This document shows, in pieces, positions 26,201 to 31,805 of a DNA stretch of 32,000 nt; position 1 is the stretch's first letter, and the number at the start of each line of letters is the position of its first letter. Where the stretch lies: positions 89,519 to 121,518 of the forward strand of contig NZ_MPKA01000067.1 in NCBI RefSeq assembly GCF_001945605.1, given 5' to 3'. The notes below the pieces were generated by a model. That model was not told where the DNA came from. It did not search any database and worked only from the letters and a program-made list of their open reading frames with translations. Made by a program: the position numbers and the translations under genes. This DNA comes from Dubosiella newyorkensis. Lineage in GTDB: Bacteria > Bacillota_I > Bacilli_A > Erysipelotrichales > Erysipelotrichaceae.

Positions 26201-28316
26201 GATCGGCATTTTCTTCCGTTTTCGCGTTTTGGGCGGCACGGGTTACTTTTTCTTGAGAATTTTTTCCTTGTTCATTTTTATGTCCTGAAACCTTATAGGC
26301 ATATACAGTTTCATCTTCGCCATTGACATCTTTGCGTTGTTCCACAAATGTTTTGTTTTCGCCGTCAATAAAATCCCATAAGTTGACAAAGGTTCCCATG
26401 GATGTGTGAACGCCACCTAAATCCGCGATTTTCGTGGATTTCGCGATCTTCGTATAATTCCCCTTTTCGTCTTTTTCCATCTTGTTCAAGAAGACAAACA
26501 TGTCGTCGTCTCCATAGAAGAAATAACGTAGTGGTGCGCAGTATCCCTCTTGAAGCACGAATGGAATGGTCGTCGTCATTCCAAAATAAGCGTTGTGGTC
26601 GTGGCCGCAATCGCTTGTTGGGAGTTTTTGATTATTTGGATCGGTTTGAGCAGGATCCACCGCTAAACGATAATTTGTCTTACTTCCCTCTCCAAATTTG
26701 ATATCGTGTCCAACCGTTCCCCAGGAAGAAGCGAGATCCATCGGCCAAAATTTGTTAGAGCGAATTCCTGCCGTCACGATTGGAAGTTGGGTCAATCCAT
26801 CCAGTCGTTTCGTAGCGTCTTGATTTGAAACCACAGACTGTAAAGTATAGGTACCGCCCGTACGCTGAAAATCTAATTTGAAGCTTTCTGCAGAATTGGC
26901 TTTATAGACGGTCCGTCCTGTCGGATCAACATGAGGATCGGTTGAAAATAAAGCGGGCGCGTTGACGCCTTCCGCCCACTGTAGCGTGCCATCCGCATTC
27001 ATTCCGGTCGCAAGTCCAAAAGTCGCGCCTTGTAAATTGGATCCATTCCAGGAAACAGATGTATTCCATTTGGATTGGCCAAACCGGTTGTTTGTTTCAT
27101 TGGATTTATTCAATGAATTTCCATTCCATAATTGTTGGTCCAAACCTGTATGGGCATTCGCGTTCCCAAACGCAAAGAATCCAACTGCCTCATCCTTCTC
27201 AGCATTCAGACTGTTCGTATTGATTCCTAGAGATCTTGTATTGACCCATACTTGTTGGTTGTTAGCAACTTTTTGGTCGGCTACTTCTCTTGAAATTTCA
27301 TTCTTTTGTTTAGCCGCTTCATCTTTTGAAGCGTAAACCTTTCCATCTGTAATGTCATAGTCGAAAAAATCAACATCTTTCACTTCCTGATTGCCTGTTG
27401 TGGGTTCGAATACTAGACGGATCACCATATCATTCGTGACGAGTACGGTCGCTTGTGTTAGATTACTTTTATCCCCTTGTACGTTATACCGTACACCATG
27501 TTCATCTGGTTGAATATTTTCGATATTCGCGTTTTTTTCATTGTTCGTAAACACAAATTTCGAAGGATCATGACGCAATGGATCTGTTTTCAATCTTGGA
27601 GCTTTGATGATTGTGAAGTCATCCCGACTGATGCTGTCCTTATTTGTTTGGTTAGAACGTAGCCATACTTCGGATAGTGTATAGTTTTGATTATAGCTAT
27701 TTTCGCTTGTCCCGTTGTAAAGCTTGTTCATATATCGCATTTGCGGTTTCAAAAGAAATGGAACGGTTTCATCGGCGAACATTTTGTATAGCACCGATTG
27801 GGTCTTTACTGTTCCATCTGTAGGATTAGAAAACTTGATTCTCGACTTTGGATCCAGGCTTCGCTTCGTTCCATAAGAAAAATTAGGATCTACATTGGTT
27901 GGAAGCTGTCCTTTTCGCAAGTTTGTATTCCAAACTACCAATGGTTTTTGATCTTCGTAACTTTTACCACCCGATAAATATTGTTGAAGATCGGATGCAT
28001 TTTCGGGTTTATTATAAGCATCTGTTCCTTGCTTAGATCCCAATGATTCTTCTGTACTGTAGTTGATTTTCCCGTTATTGTATTCATCCTCTACGTTCCC
28101 TAGAACCATCGCTGGGAAATTATAGTAGTGCTGGATCGTGATGTTTGGGTTGATCGTAGTGTCTTCTGGCAAATTGTATGTCGAAGACTCTTTTGTCTCT
28201 TCGGCTTGGATCGGGATTCCTGACAATAGCTGAGAGCCAACCATCCCAACGCATAAGCTCATGCTTAAGAGCTTTTTCCATAGTTTTTGGGTACACAAAA
28301 AGTTCATCTTTTTCAT
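17289..28316 (-). CDS. Giant multidomain surface protein/adhesin (approx 3675 aa). Order: signal peptide, unknown N-terminal region, fibro-slime/PA14-like domain, Cna-B/SpaA-type domains, about 10 Spy0128-type pilin isopeptide domains, 8 DUF11 repeats, C-terminal TM anchor.
   Basis: One uninterrupted ORF. The signal peptide is MKKMNFL...LLSGIPIQA-EE. Domain motifs are listed in the repeat and other features below. I prefer the ATG at 28314-28316 because the track's TTG at 28343 lies inside the leader terminator U tract. Confidence 0.9.
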   Translation of the reverse strand: MKKMNFLCTQKLWKKLLSMSLCVGMVGSQLLSGIPIQAEETKESSTYNLPEDTTINPNITIQHYYNFPAMVLGNVEDEYNNGKINYSTEESLGSKQGTDAYNKPENASDLQQYLSGGKSYEDQKPLVVWNTNLRKGQLPTNVDPNFSYGTKRSLDPKSRIKFSNPTDGTVKTQSVLYKMFADETVPFLLKPQMRYMNKLYNGTSENSYNQNYTLSEVWLRSNQTNKDSISRDDFTIIKAPRLKTDPLRHDPSKFVFTNNEKNANIENIQPDEHGVRYNVQGDKSNLTQATVLVTNDMVIRLVFEPTTGNQEVKDVDFFDYDITDGKVYASKDEAAKQKNEISREVADQKVANNQQVWVNTRSLGINTNSLNAEKDEAVGFFAFGNANAHTGLDQQLWNGNSLNKSNETNNRFGQSKWNTSVSWNGSNLQGATFGLATGMNADGTLQWAEGVNAPALFSTDPHVDPTGRTVYKANSAESFKLDFQRTGGTYTLQSVVSNQDATKRLDGLTQLPIVTAGIRSNKFWPMDLASSWGTVGHDIKFGEGSKTNYRLAVDPAQTDPNNQKLPTSDCGHDHNAYFGMTTTIPFVLQEGYCAPLRYFFYGDDDMFVFLNKMEKDEKGNYTKIAKSTKIADLGGVHTSMGTFVNLWDFIDGENKTFVEQRKDVNGEDETVYAYKVSGHKNEQGKNSQEKVTRAAQNAKTEENADHYQLAVYYLERGASGSSCYMRFSVPFQELDMEETAMNGQIMVEKEVKRSEAAGSVAPTDDRYEFQLNLEDPNGGSLNNKYAIEFYNVTKKADGTTEDTLINDSSLPKYIANGETFKLKDAQKALITGLPRLGPGETGTKNGGYKYDIQEIKKIDHSGNKTDLTSTNDISTTFLSGTIDEGLKQGEYQEGKQFANLIKGENYVKFINAEDPGILVLTKALATNSATTDEAFRFHVTLTPPEGRKLTKVPYILKRGTKSENPSAEPRKQETGEKEIGKDGTYTFDLKKDDELTLYNIPADTKYEVNEETLITEAGDLHFDVESINGNTALKSASGTIVANTTDNKKVTVDFVNTAKQIALVQIPVTKKMTGREFNGKETYRFKIAGQAGAPMPEKDTITLQNVSESGTATPIATSTLTGQFAPIEFDSTHINKDNTYTITEEAGNEENVEYSKAKYTVIVHVSQDAESGKLVATSTMTDESGKEAAIEFTNDYIQPINMALPIQKNLVGREIQAGDEFFFKIEDKEGNPKPVKELVARDIISIQSKTGTDQANFEFKELDRTDVGNYVFTISEAAGSIEQLLYDTHKAEVHMDISLMESDSGKQLKAEVYTMDGENKQPFSNNDPVLFTNTFQSIGQIEIPVSKTLQNTTFDGKTEYEFVLKGEGNAPMPANPVLTILGKEGTGTATNTFVIPLTEADVPKNESKDFVYTIQEKVGTDPNMRYETKLYTVKVHAQVKTNETTKKDEIVTEMVDTNPIEIINTKVDPITASIPIQKTLNGRTAQAEDLFTFHIRGDENSQSKIKSPSKLTIDLTKDTKGAFNIGEFTLKDVGKSYDFTIQEEKGDLERVDYDTSERKVRASVNLNADGKLQVDLHEVQMENGEEKLVPISSSQPLMITNTYHAIGKIEIPVKKKLVNKEFGTDIYRFEIQGEEGQPLPENKILEMAQETGKFEIPLDDTQVPVNTKRTYTYKIMEQAGNDPDMLYDTNIYTVNVQAENTNGTITSTIQEGTPPVVFTNTAVLPATTIIPIEKTIEGREVLASDNFTFRIRGNAQSRRFLPDKDEITISAQVVDGKLALSKARFEIGPFTKVDTGQSYTFLIDEIAGTEQGMNYDPQIHTITLTPKLEGSTITFDVKENETVVNEDAPVAFTNTYQPKGTLRIPVTKKLEGRTFTQGDRFLFEITGEKDAPMPTNPILSILPTSGNEVEATFAPITYTKIGDYTYTIKELSTGLSGMNYDPATYTVQVKVSQGNGTLVVEPTYSNPTTNVETISFTNTYKPEESYAIPVTKNMIGRPMEATDQFVFTLEAITPEAPMPEHEQVSVQGNGAHIVNTTFDPIIFDQSHAGKTFEYVVKEHRGSIEHIKYSSEEYVISIQVTYENGNLEATPTIYKQNKAEDNIVDSIQFTNTYQPSGTWRPTLFKQLLGASLQEDAYQFKMHVEKVDDPTIAFDRQAKNNADGTINFALIEFEQPGLYSVTIQEVEGKDETIQYALDPIEYMLEVKDENGTLRVEEKNREQDHVFTNDAGLRISKQLIPGTGQTLDETDINFEFPFELDLGTVLANQTLETKRLTSNTIEEETIQLDANGKVEFSLKHEETLIVYGLGQQATYTIEERTKDRWIDKYLHIDTIGSAKGTISNGIDAQVTFRNLKPSTDNAKIHGFKTMDPASDFFEMKGQEFQFKISAIGTETESQRSLENTEQTIQNEPSEQEEFEEEPLDESFHIYRSSLPIEETGNGSTPNEAQKKLKLPTRLKEIETMPAQDTPLPERTTTTNNAFGRFEFDAITYTKPGRYVYEIQEINNQISGMSYETTHYKAIVNVTQRSGTLHVDSIQYTDMNDQPLANDTIVFTNTYKNIDQKPQLSIEKEQSINFKNFTRDQETVETNDIVTYKLTIKNTGDAIAKNVIVSDHVPDGLILLEQSLVDATLDEEGNITWNIGDLAAQTSRTLTFQVQVPKVDQSNTWTNIAYVRSDEIDPEPSNKVTVETEPAKPNVSIHKYESVGQDIRYDGIDPLQVRPGDLVTYDLVVTNTGEEEAKNVIVNDTIEEGLLFVKAFNEGKYDEATRTLRWNVGTLPAKGGTKIVSFQIQVPIVEQDTRWPNTGSVQAEGEEPKQSNTVHIETIVKELNIEKFQAINNQEMTKQFQAVESGDLVTYTLKIHNPSLHTIENVFVKDVVPNGLELKQDTISDQGIYDPETKQILWNLGAIEAEETKQVSFSVEVPKVDQKTTWKNIATLVYEEEEPKDSNEVEVATDVPALTIFKDQKLESDPDFTTQRRTGKIGETLTYRLTVTNTGKAIAKNVVIEDTLPSDKKTHTLFLNYQEASDNGSYDKQTQTITWKIGDLKIGQSKTVTFTVKLPSVMEYTLWENGAQTHYDNNPNNPETGDPVDIPSNKVEVETDAPKVVLEKEHKLNEGDRHKELLHGKAQDIVTYYLKATNKSALPAHDVQIKDSIPTHENGDLQLVEIDPTYPYERSETGEIIWNIGTLEPNEEKEVWFKVKVPDIKEATRWENIASLSHPDEPEPFKTPPVEIEINTPNLEILKRQAKNGGSFTQSRLQAKAGDTITYEIDVENKGNLAVHNVVIEDIVPDGLSLVQDSISDQGQEKEGMITWKIANLNVKEKKTVSFQVKVPAVKEYTRWINVASAYDDEEPEPKKTPPVEVETFAPSLKIEKSQKRNEGNRTKDKLSVDEKDIVTYFIKVTSAGQADANDVVVSDTIPSGLILVEGSVSDDGVVENGTITWHLGTMKTGTERTVSFAIEVPAQDGLWKNIAQASESTRPDEPTPSNEVEIETPKEEPNITIEKLQAHNDGTPSKIRIKAHIDDTITYILRIQNRGKEEVRDLQVKDAIPQGLRFVPNSIDHDGTIENGIVRWKIDHLAPDESVDVSFKVKIPVVTQNSAWINTGVLLYQDQRVPTNEVTVSVEPGTPASSKNGTPTKPTSANTAAQTNHLAWTSLLILSLLGIGLLWKKRKDIL
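17445..20630 (-). repeat. Eight tandem DUF11 (conserved repeat domain) units, approx 130 aa / 400 nt each, inside the adhesin gene
   Basis: The recurring pattern is (D/E)x(I/L)TYxLx(V/I)xNxGxxxAxNVx(V/I)xDxxPxGL ... (I/L)xWx(I/L)GxLxxxxxxxVxFxVxVP ... PSNxVE(V/I)ET. It was counted 8 times in the translation. Confidence 0.8.
20640..25145 (-). repeat. About ten Spy0128/FctA-type pilin isopeptide-linkage domain repeats (approx 130 aa each), interrupted by one Cna-B-like domain (approx 21255-21635) and an acidic linker (approx 20990-21130)
   Basis: Each unit has IP(V/I)xK near the N-terminus, (Y/F)x(I/V)xE mid-domain, and FTNT(Y/F) or a close variant at the C-terminus. Confidence 0.75.
26120..26650 (-). 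other. Fibro-slime/PA14-like carbohydrate-binding-type domain within the adhesin
   Basis: HNAYFGMTTTIPF...RYFFYGDDDMFVFLNK...IADLGGVHTS...YQLAVYYLERGASGSSCYMRFSV matches the remembered fibro-slime pattern F-x-F-x-GDDD-x-WVFIN...DLGG-x-H...ER. Confidence 0.6.
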
Positions 28317-28515
28317 TTTTCTTTTCCCTTTCTCTTCACGCAAAAAAACGCCTTTTTCGTATGAAAAGAGGCGCTTGTAAGCTATGTTATTGTTTAGTTA
28401 TTTTTTCTTCCCATACTTTCTATTGAAACCATCTTGATAGGATGTTCCTTTTTAGGGGAAGCTTGGAGCGATCCTATCTTGGTCGTTTCCTTATTGCTCA
28501 ATCGTTTATTTTCGT
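28317..28515 (-). promoter_or_regulatory. Approx 200 nt structured 5' leader of the adhesin gene (candidate attenuator or riboswitch, class unassigned)
   Basis: It lies between the candidate promoter and the ATG. It contains a perfect 8 bp inverted repeat GATAGGAT...ATCCTATC closing a 27 nt loop, and it ends in a strong terminator hairpin. No ORF is present. Confidence 0.5.
28342..28374 (-). terminator. Intrinsic terminator located inside the adhesin leader, approx 25 nt upstream of the start codon
   Basis: The minus strand reads CGCCTCTTTTC-ATAC-GAAAAAGGCG followed by TTTTTTT (10 bp stem with one bulge). There is no upstream minus-strand gene for it to terminate, because the neighbour is divergent. 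Confidence 0.7.
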
Positions 28516-28521
28516 ATAATA

Positions 28522-28551
28522 ATGATACTATTTTTAGTGATCGAATGTCAA
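28522..28551 (-). promoter_or_regulatory. Candidate promoter of the adhesin gene
   Basis: The minus strand reads TTGACA (28546-28551), an 18 nt spacer, then TATCAT (28522-28527), in an AT-rich divergent intergenic region. Confidence 0.45.
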
Positions 28552-28613
28552 AATTATTTAAAATGATATATTTATTTTAATACAATATATTTGTTTTTGT
28601 TCTTTTCTTCTCT

Positions 28614-28642
28614 TTATGAAAGGGCTATCAGTACTGTATAAT
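28614..28642 (+). promoter_or_regulatory. Candidate promoter of the MFS transporter gene
   Basis: TATAAT at 28637-28642 is preceded by TG, with a weak -35 (TTATGA) 17 nt upstream. The AGGGAGG RBS follows at 28653-28659. Confidence 0.45.
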
Positions 28643-28667
28643 GAGTGAAGAGAGGGAGGTTTTTTTT

Positions 28668-29855
28668 ATGCAGTCTTCTATGAATGCTCGTTATCAGGCG
28701 ATCAACTTCTCATTCTTCTTAATGATGGGTTCGATGATCGCGTTCGCGTCCAATTATTTATTGACGCTTGGTTATTCGAATGCGCAAATAGGAATGATCT
28801 TAGCGCTCTATTCGATCGTTTCCTTTTTTATGCAGCCTTTCTTCGCGTCCTTTGCGGATACGCATCCTTCCATTTCTTTGCAGAAGTTGATCAATGGTTT
28901 GTTGTGTATGATCATGGTCGCTTCTTTGATTTTGTTCGCTTCTTCAAAAACTTTCGGGCGAGGTCTTTTATTGTCGATGTTGGTCATTTTGATCTTTGCC
29001 TGCATGATGTCGGTCATTCCTTTAGTGAACGCGGCGGCTTTCATGTATGAAAAATTTGGGATCAAGATCAATTATGGACTGGCTAGAGGTCTTGGTTCGG
29101 CGGCGTATGCCATCATCAGCATGATCCTTGGTTATGTCCTGGACGCTTTTTCTCCAACGATTTTGCCTTTGATCTATTTTATTTTGGCTTTATTGACTTT
29201 TTTAGCCGTATCGAGCTATCACTATAAATATTCTGGCCAAGAAAAGCGAGAAGAACAACATTTTGAACAACAAGAAAAGAGTAAACAAATTTCTCTTTTA
29301 TCGTTTTTGAAAAAATACAAGAGCTTAACGATTCTTTTGTTTGGTTATATGCTTGTGTATATTACGCATATGATCATCAATAGTTTTTATATTCAGATCA
29401 TCGAGCATGTTCATGGTACGAGTTCGAATCTTGGGATCGCGGTCTTTATTGCCGCCATTGTCGAATTGCCTGCGATGTTTGGTTTTGAGAGGCTTGCTAA
29501 AAAGATCAATATCAAGGCGTTGCTTTTGATTTCTTTGTTGTTTTATATCGCGAAGCATGTGGTCACTTTCTTGTCTTTCAATATTTGGGGGATCTATTTG
29601 GCGGCTTTTCTTCAGATTGGCGCGTATGCTCTTTTTACTCCGGCTATCGTTTACTATATCAATCAGATCGTGAGCGCATACGATAGTTTGATGGGTCAAA
29701 CGGCCAATACGATGTTCGCGACGGCTGGTGGAATTTTTGGTTCTTTGATTGGTGGAATCGTTATCGATTATTTTGGAATTTCGATCGTTCTTGCCTTAGG
29801 CGTCGTTTTATCGATCCTTGGAACCTTGATTTGTTGGGTCGGTTTAAAAAAATAA
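28668..29855 (+). CDS. MFS transporter (12 predicted TM segments)
   Basis: Hydrophobic helices are spread throughout, with a charged central loop (YKYSGQEKREEQHFEQQEKSKQ). I chose the start at ATG 28668 because AGGGAGG lies 8 nt upstream. The track's ATG at 28641 lies inside the -10 box. Confidence 0.8.
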   Translation: MQSSMNARYQAINFSFFLMMGSMIAFASNYLLTLGYSNAQIGMILALYSIVSFFMQPFFASFADTHPSISLQKLINGLLCMIMVASLILFASSKTFGRGLLLSMLVILIFACMMSVIPLVNAAAFMYEKFGIKINYGLARGLGSAAYAIISMILGYVLDAFSPTILPLIYFILALLTFLAVSSYHYKYSGQEKREEQHFEQQEKSKQISLLSFLKKYKSLTILLFGYMLVYITHMIINSFYIQIIEHVHGTSSNLGIAVFIAAIVELPAMFGFERLAKKINIKALLLISLLFYIAKHVVTFLSFNIWGIYLAAFLQIGAYALFTPAIVYYINQIVSAYDSLMGQTANTMFATAGGIFGSLIGGIVIDYFGISIVLALGVVLSILGTLICWVGLKK

Positions 29856-29858
29856 ACA

Positions 29859-29893
29859 AAATAGAGACGATCCTCATCGATCTTCTCTATTTT
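29859..29893. terminator. Hairpin between the convergent MFS and signal peptidase genes
   Basis: Stem AAATAGAGA/TCTCTATTT (9 bp) with an inner CGAT/ATCG pairing, and A/T-rich flanks on both sides. Confidence 0.55.
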
Positions 29894-30362
29894 AATGTTG
29901 TAGCTTTTGTCCTAGCACATTCAACAAAGCTCCCACAACAGCCAAGGCGATCAAGAATATTTTTCCATTGATCATGCTCAGCGCTCCAAAGATGGCTCCT
30001 AAAGCTGGCGCATGAAATTGAACGACGCCTATGACTTGTCCATACGATACGGGTTCAAAGTCTTCTTGGGTGTTAGCGTCTCCTTTTGTGATCAATGAGG
30101 CTTTTGGAATATCGTTTTGCACGACTCGGTGGGTCACGATACTTCCTCGATGTTCAAAAGCGATCACTTCTCCTTCTTGGATCGTTTCTGGTTCTTCATA
30201 TTGAACCATGATCAAAGAACCTACTGGAATTTCTGGTTCCATGCTGCCAGAAACGACATTAAATAGCTCTTTTCCAAATAAAGAAGGAAGAAACATCAAG
30301 AGTCCTACAACGATCACAAGCGCCAATAAAAGCGTTCCTATTCCTTTACAAAGTTTTGCCAT
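29892..30362 (-). CDS. Signal peptidase I, SipW/ER-type (Ser-His) subfamily
   Basis: Catalytic Ser is in VVSGSMEPEIPVGS and catalytic His is in SIVTHRVV. There are N- and C-terminal TM anchors. GGAGG lies 7 nt upstream of the ATG at 30360-30362. The start overlaps the upstream HAD gene by 17 nt. Confidence 0.85.
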   Translation of the reverse strand: MAKLCKGIGTLLLALVIVVGLLMFLPSLFGKELFNVVSGSMEPEIPVGSLIMVQYEEPETIQEGEVIAFEHRGSIVTHRVVQNDIPKASLITKGDANTQEDFEPVSYGQVIGVVQFHAPALGAIFGALSMINGKIFLIALAVVGALLNVLGQKLQH

Positions 30363-31170
30363 GTGTATCCTCCAAAATATATTGTTCAAGAAAGCGGGCT
30401 ACTCCATCTTCGTTGTTTGAAAATTCCGTTTTATAGTTTGTATGTTCGAACAAAAGCGGATTGGAATTTTTCATGGCTACGCCCGTTGTTGTTTGAAGCA
30501 TATCCAAATCGTTTCTTTCATCCCCAAAGGATAGGATATTTTCCAAAGATAGGTTCAATTGCTTGGCTAATCGCTGGATAGCTTGTCCTTTCGTGACTCT
30601 TGGGTCCAAGAATTCCAACAAAGTCGGAGTAGAACGAACCATGTAAAAGTTAGGATCGGAAAGTGAATGCGTTTCTAAAAACTTATCTAGATCTTCTTTT
30701 TTCCAGCTTGTGAGCAGCTTGTTGATTGTCGAAGTATAATAGGGTTCTAGACCATCTTCCACGACTTCGAATAGATTTCTTTTGGCGATCGAGAAAGCAT
30801 CCTCGTTCGGTTTGAGTGTATGCACTTCATACTGTTCAAATACATGCGCGTTATATGGCTGTCCTTCTAAAAACTGAAAGATCGTCTTTATATGTTTTCC
30901 ATCCATTTTATAAAACGATTCTTGGCTTCCAGAATCTCGATCAAGGATCATACCTCCATTAAAGCCAATGATCCAAGAACACACATCTTCCATGTTCCAT
31001 GGTTTAAGCAGTCGTTCTACAGCGAATGGAGGTCTTCCAGTACAAATTCCAAATTGAATCCCTGCATTCTTTAACCGTTTCAAAACAGACACCGTATACG
31101 AAGAAACTCGCTTTTGATCATCCAATAAAGTACCGTCCAGATCCACAAGAACTAGTTTGATTTCTTTCAT
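30346..31170 (-). CDS. Cof-type HAD-IIB family hydrolase (second copy in the window)
   Basis: Motif I is LVDLDGTLL and the C-terminal motif is FGDERNDLDML...MKNS. I chose the start at ATG 31168-31170 (AAGGAG upstream). Confidence 0.85.
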   Translation of the reverse strand: MKEIKLVLVDLDGTLLDDQKRVSSYTVSVLKRLKNAGIQFGICTGRPPFAVERLLKPWNMEDVCSWIIGFNGGMILDRDSGSQESFYKMDGKHIKTIFQFLEGQPYNAHVFEQYEVHTLKPNEDAFSIAKRNLFEVVEDGLEPYYTSTINKLLTSWKKEDLDKFLETHSLSDPNFYMVRSTPTLLEFLDPRVTKGQAIQRLAKQLNLSLENILSFGDERNDLDMLQTTTGVAMKNSNPLLFEHTNYKTEFSNNEDGVARFLEQYILEDTHGKTL

Positions 31171-31262
31171 AATCGTCTCCTTCTCAAACATTCTTGATTT
31201 CATTATATCCGACCAAAAGAAAACAACCAATCTTTCAATTGGATGCTTTCTTGATTCGATGA

Positions 31263-31502
31263 TTATTTCATGGAACGTTGGATTTCTTGAAGCTTTTCGA
31301 TCGGTAATCTTGTGATTGTAGCGATTTCTTGAAGCGAGAATGTATTCATCTGAAGCATGGTTCTTGCGGTTTCTCGCTTTTCTTCCTCGATTCCTTGGGC
31401 TTTTCCTTGCTCAATTCCTTGTTCCCTGCCTAGCACAAGCCCTCGTTTCATTCCTTTTCTTTCTAAACTGCTCTTGTACGCGCTGCTGAATGCTCCATCC
31501 AT
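31263..31502 (-). CDS. Rpn/PD-(D/E)XK-transposase-family C-terminal module only (79 aa). It is either a small paralogue or a gene remnant.
   Basis: It is colinear with, and similar to, the C-terminal half of the adjacent gene (MDGAFSSAYKSSLERKGMK...GREQGIEQGKAQGIE...FSLQEIATI). It has its own GGAG-type RBS 13 nt after the upstream stop. Confidence 0.5.
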   Translation of the reverse strand: MDGAFSSAYKSSLERKGMKRGLVLGREQGIEQGKAQGIEEEKRETARTMLQMNTFSLQEIATITRLPIEKLQEIQRSMK

Positions 31503-31805
31503 AGCTTTCTTCTCCCTAAGAAATCTTTTTATTCAATTCTTCTTGAATCTCTTTGATCTTCTCGACCGAACATCTTGCGATCGTAGCGATTTCTTGAAGC
31601 GAAAATTCATTCATTTGAAGCATGAATCTTACTGTTTCGCGTTTTTCTTGTTCGATTCCTTGCGCCTTTCCTTGCTCGATTCCTTGCATAATTCCTCGCT
31701 TCATTCCTTGTTCGATTCCTTGCTCTCTGCCTAGCTTGATTCCTAGTTTCATTCCTTTTCTTTCCAAGCTGCTCTTATATGCGCTGCTGAATGCACCATC
31801 CATTG
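31263..31805 (-). repeat. Tandem direct duplication of the Rpn-like C-terminal coding module
   Basis: Long near-identical DNA stretches are shared, e.g. GTAGCGATTTCTTGAAGCGA and CATTCCTTTTCTTTC...GCTGCTGAATGC..CCATCCAT in both copies. The upstream copy carries extra EQG-type units. Confidence 0.7.

Noticed and set aside
28317-28343. TTG start codon at 28343 for the adhesin (the track ORF begins there)
   Set aside because: The TTG lies inside the U tract of the leader terminator and has no RBS. The ATG at 28316 is followed by a typical signal peptide (MKKMNFL...) and preceded by a purine-rich GAGAAAGGGAAAAG stretch.
28317-28515. Calling the adhesin leader a c-di-GMP class I or II riboswitch
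   Set aside because: I could not recognise the remembered conserved cores of GEMM-I or c-di-GMP-II by eye. Only the generic attenuator architecture is supported, so the class is left open pending a covariance-model search.
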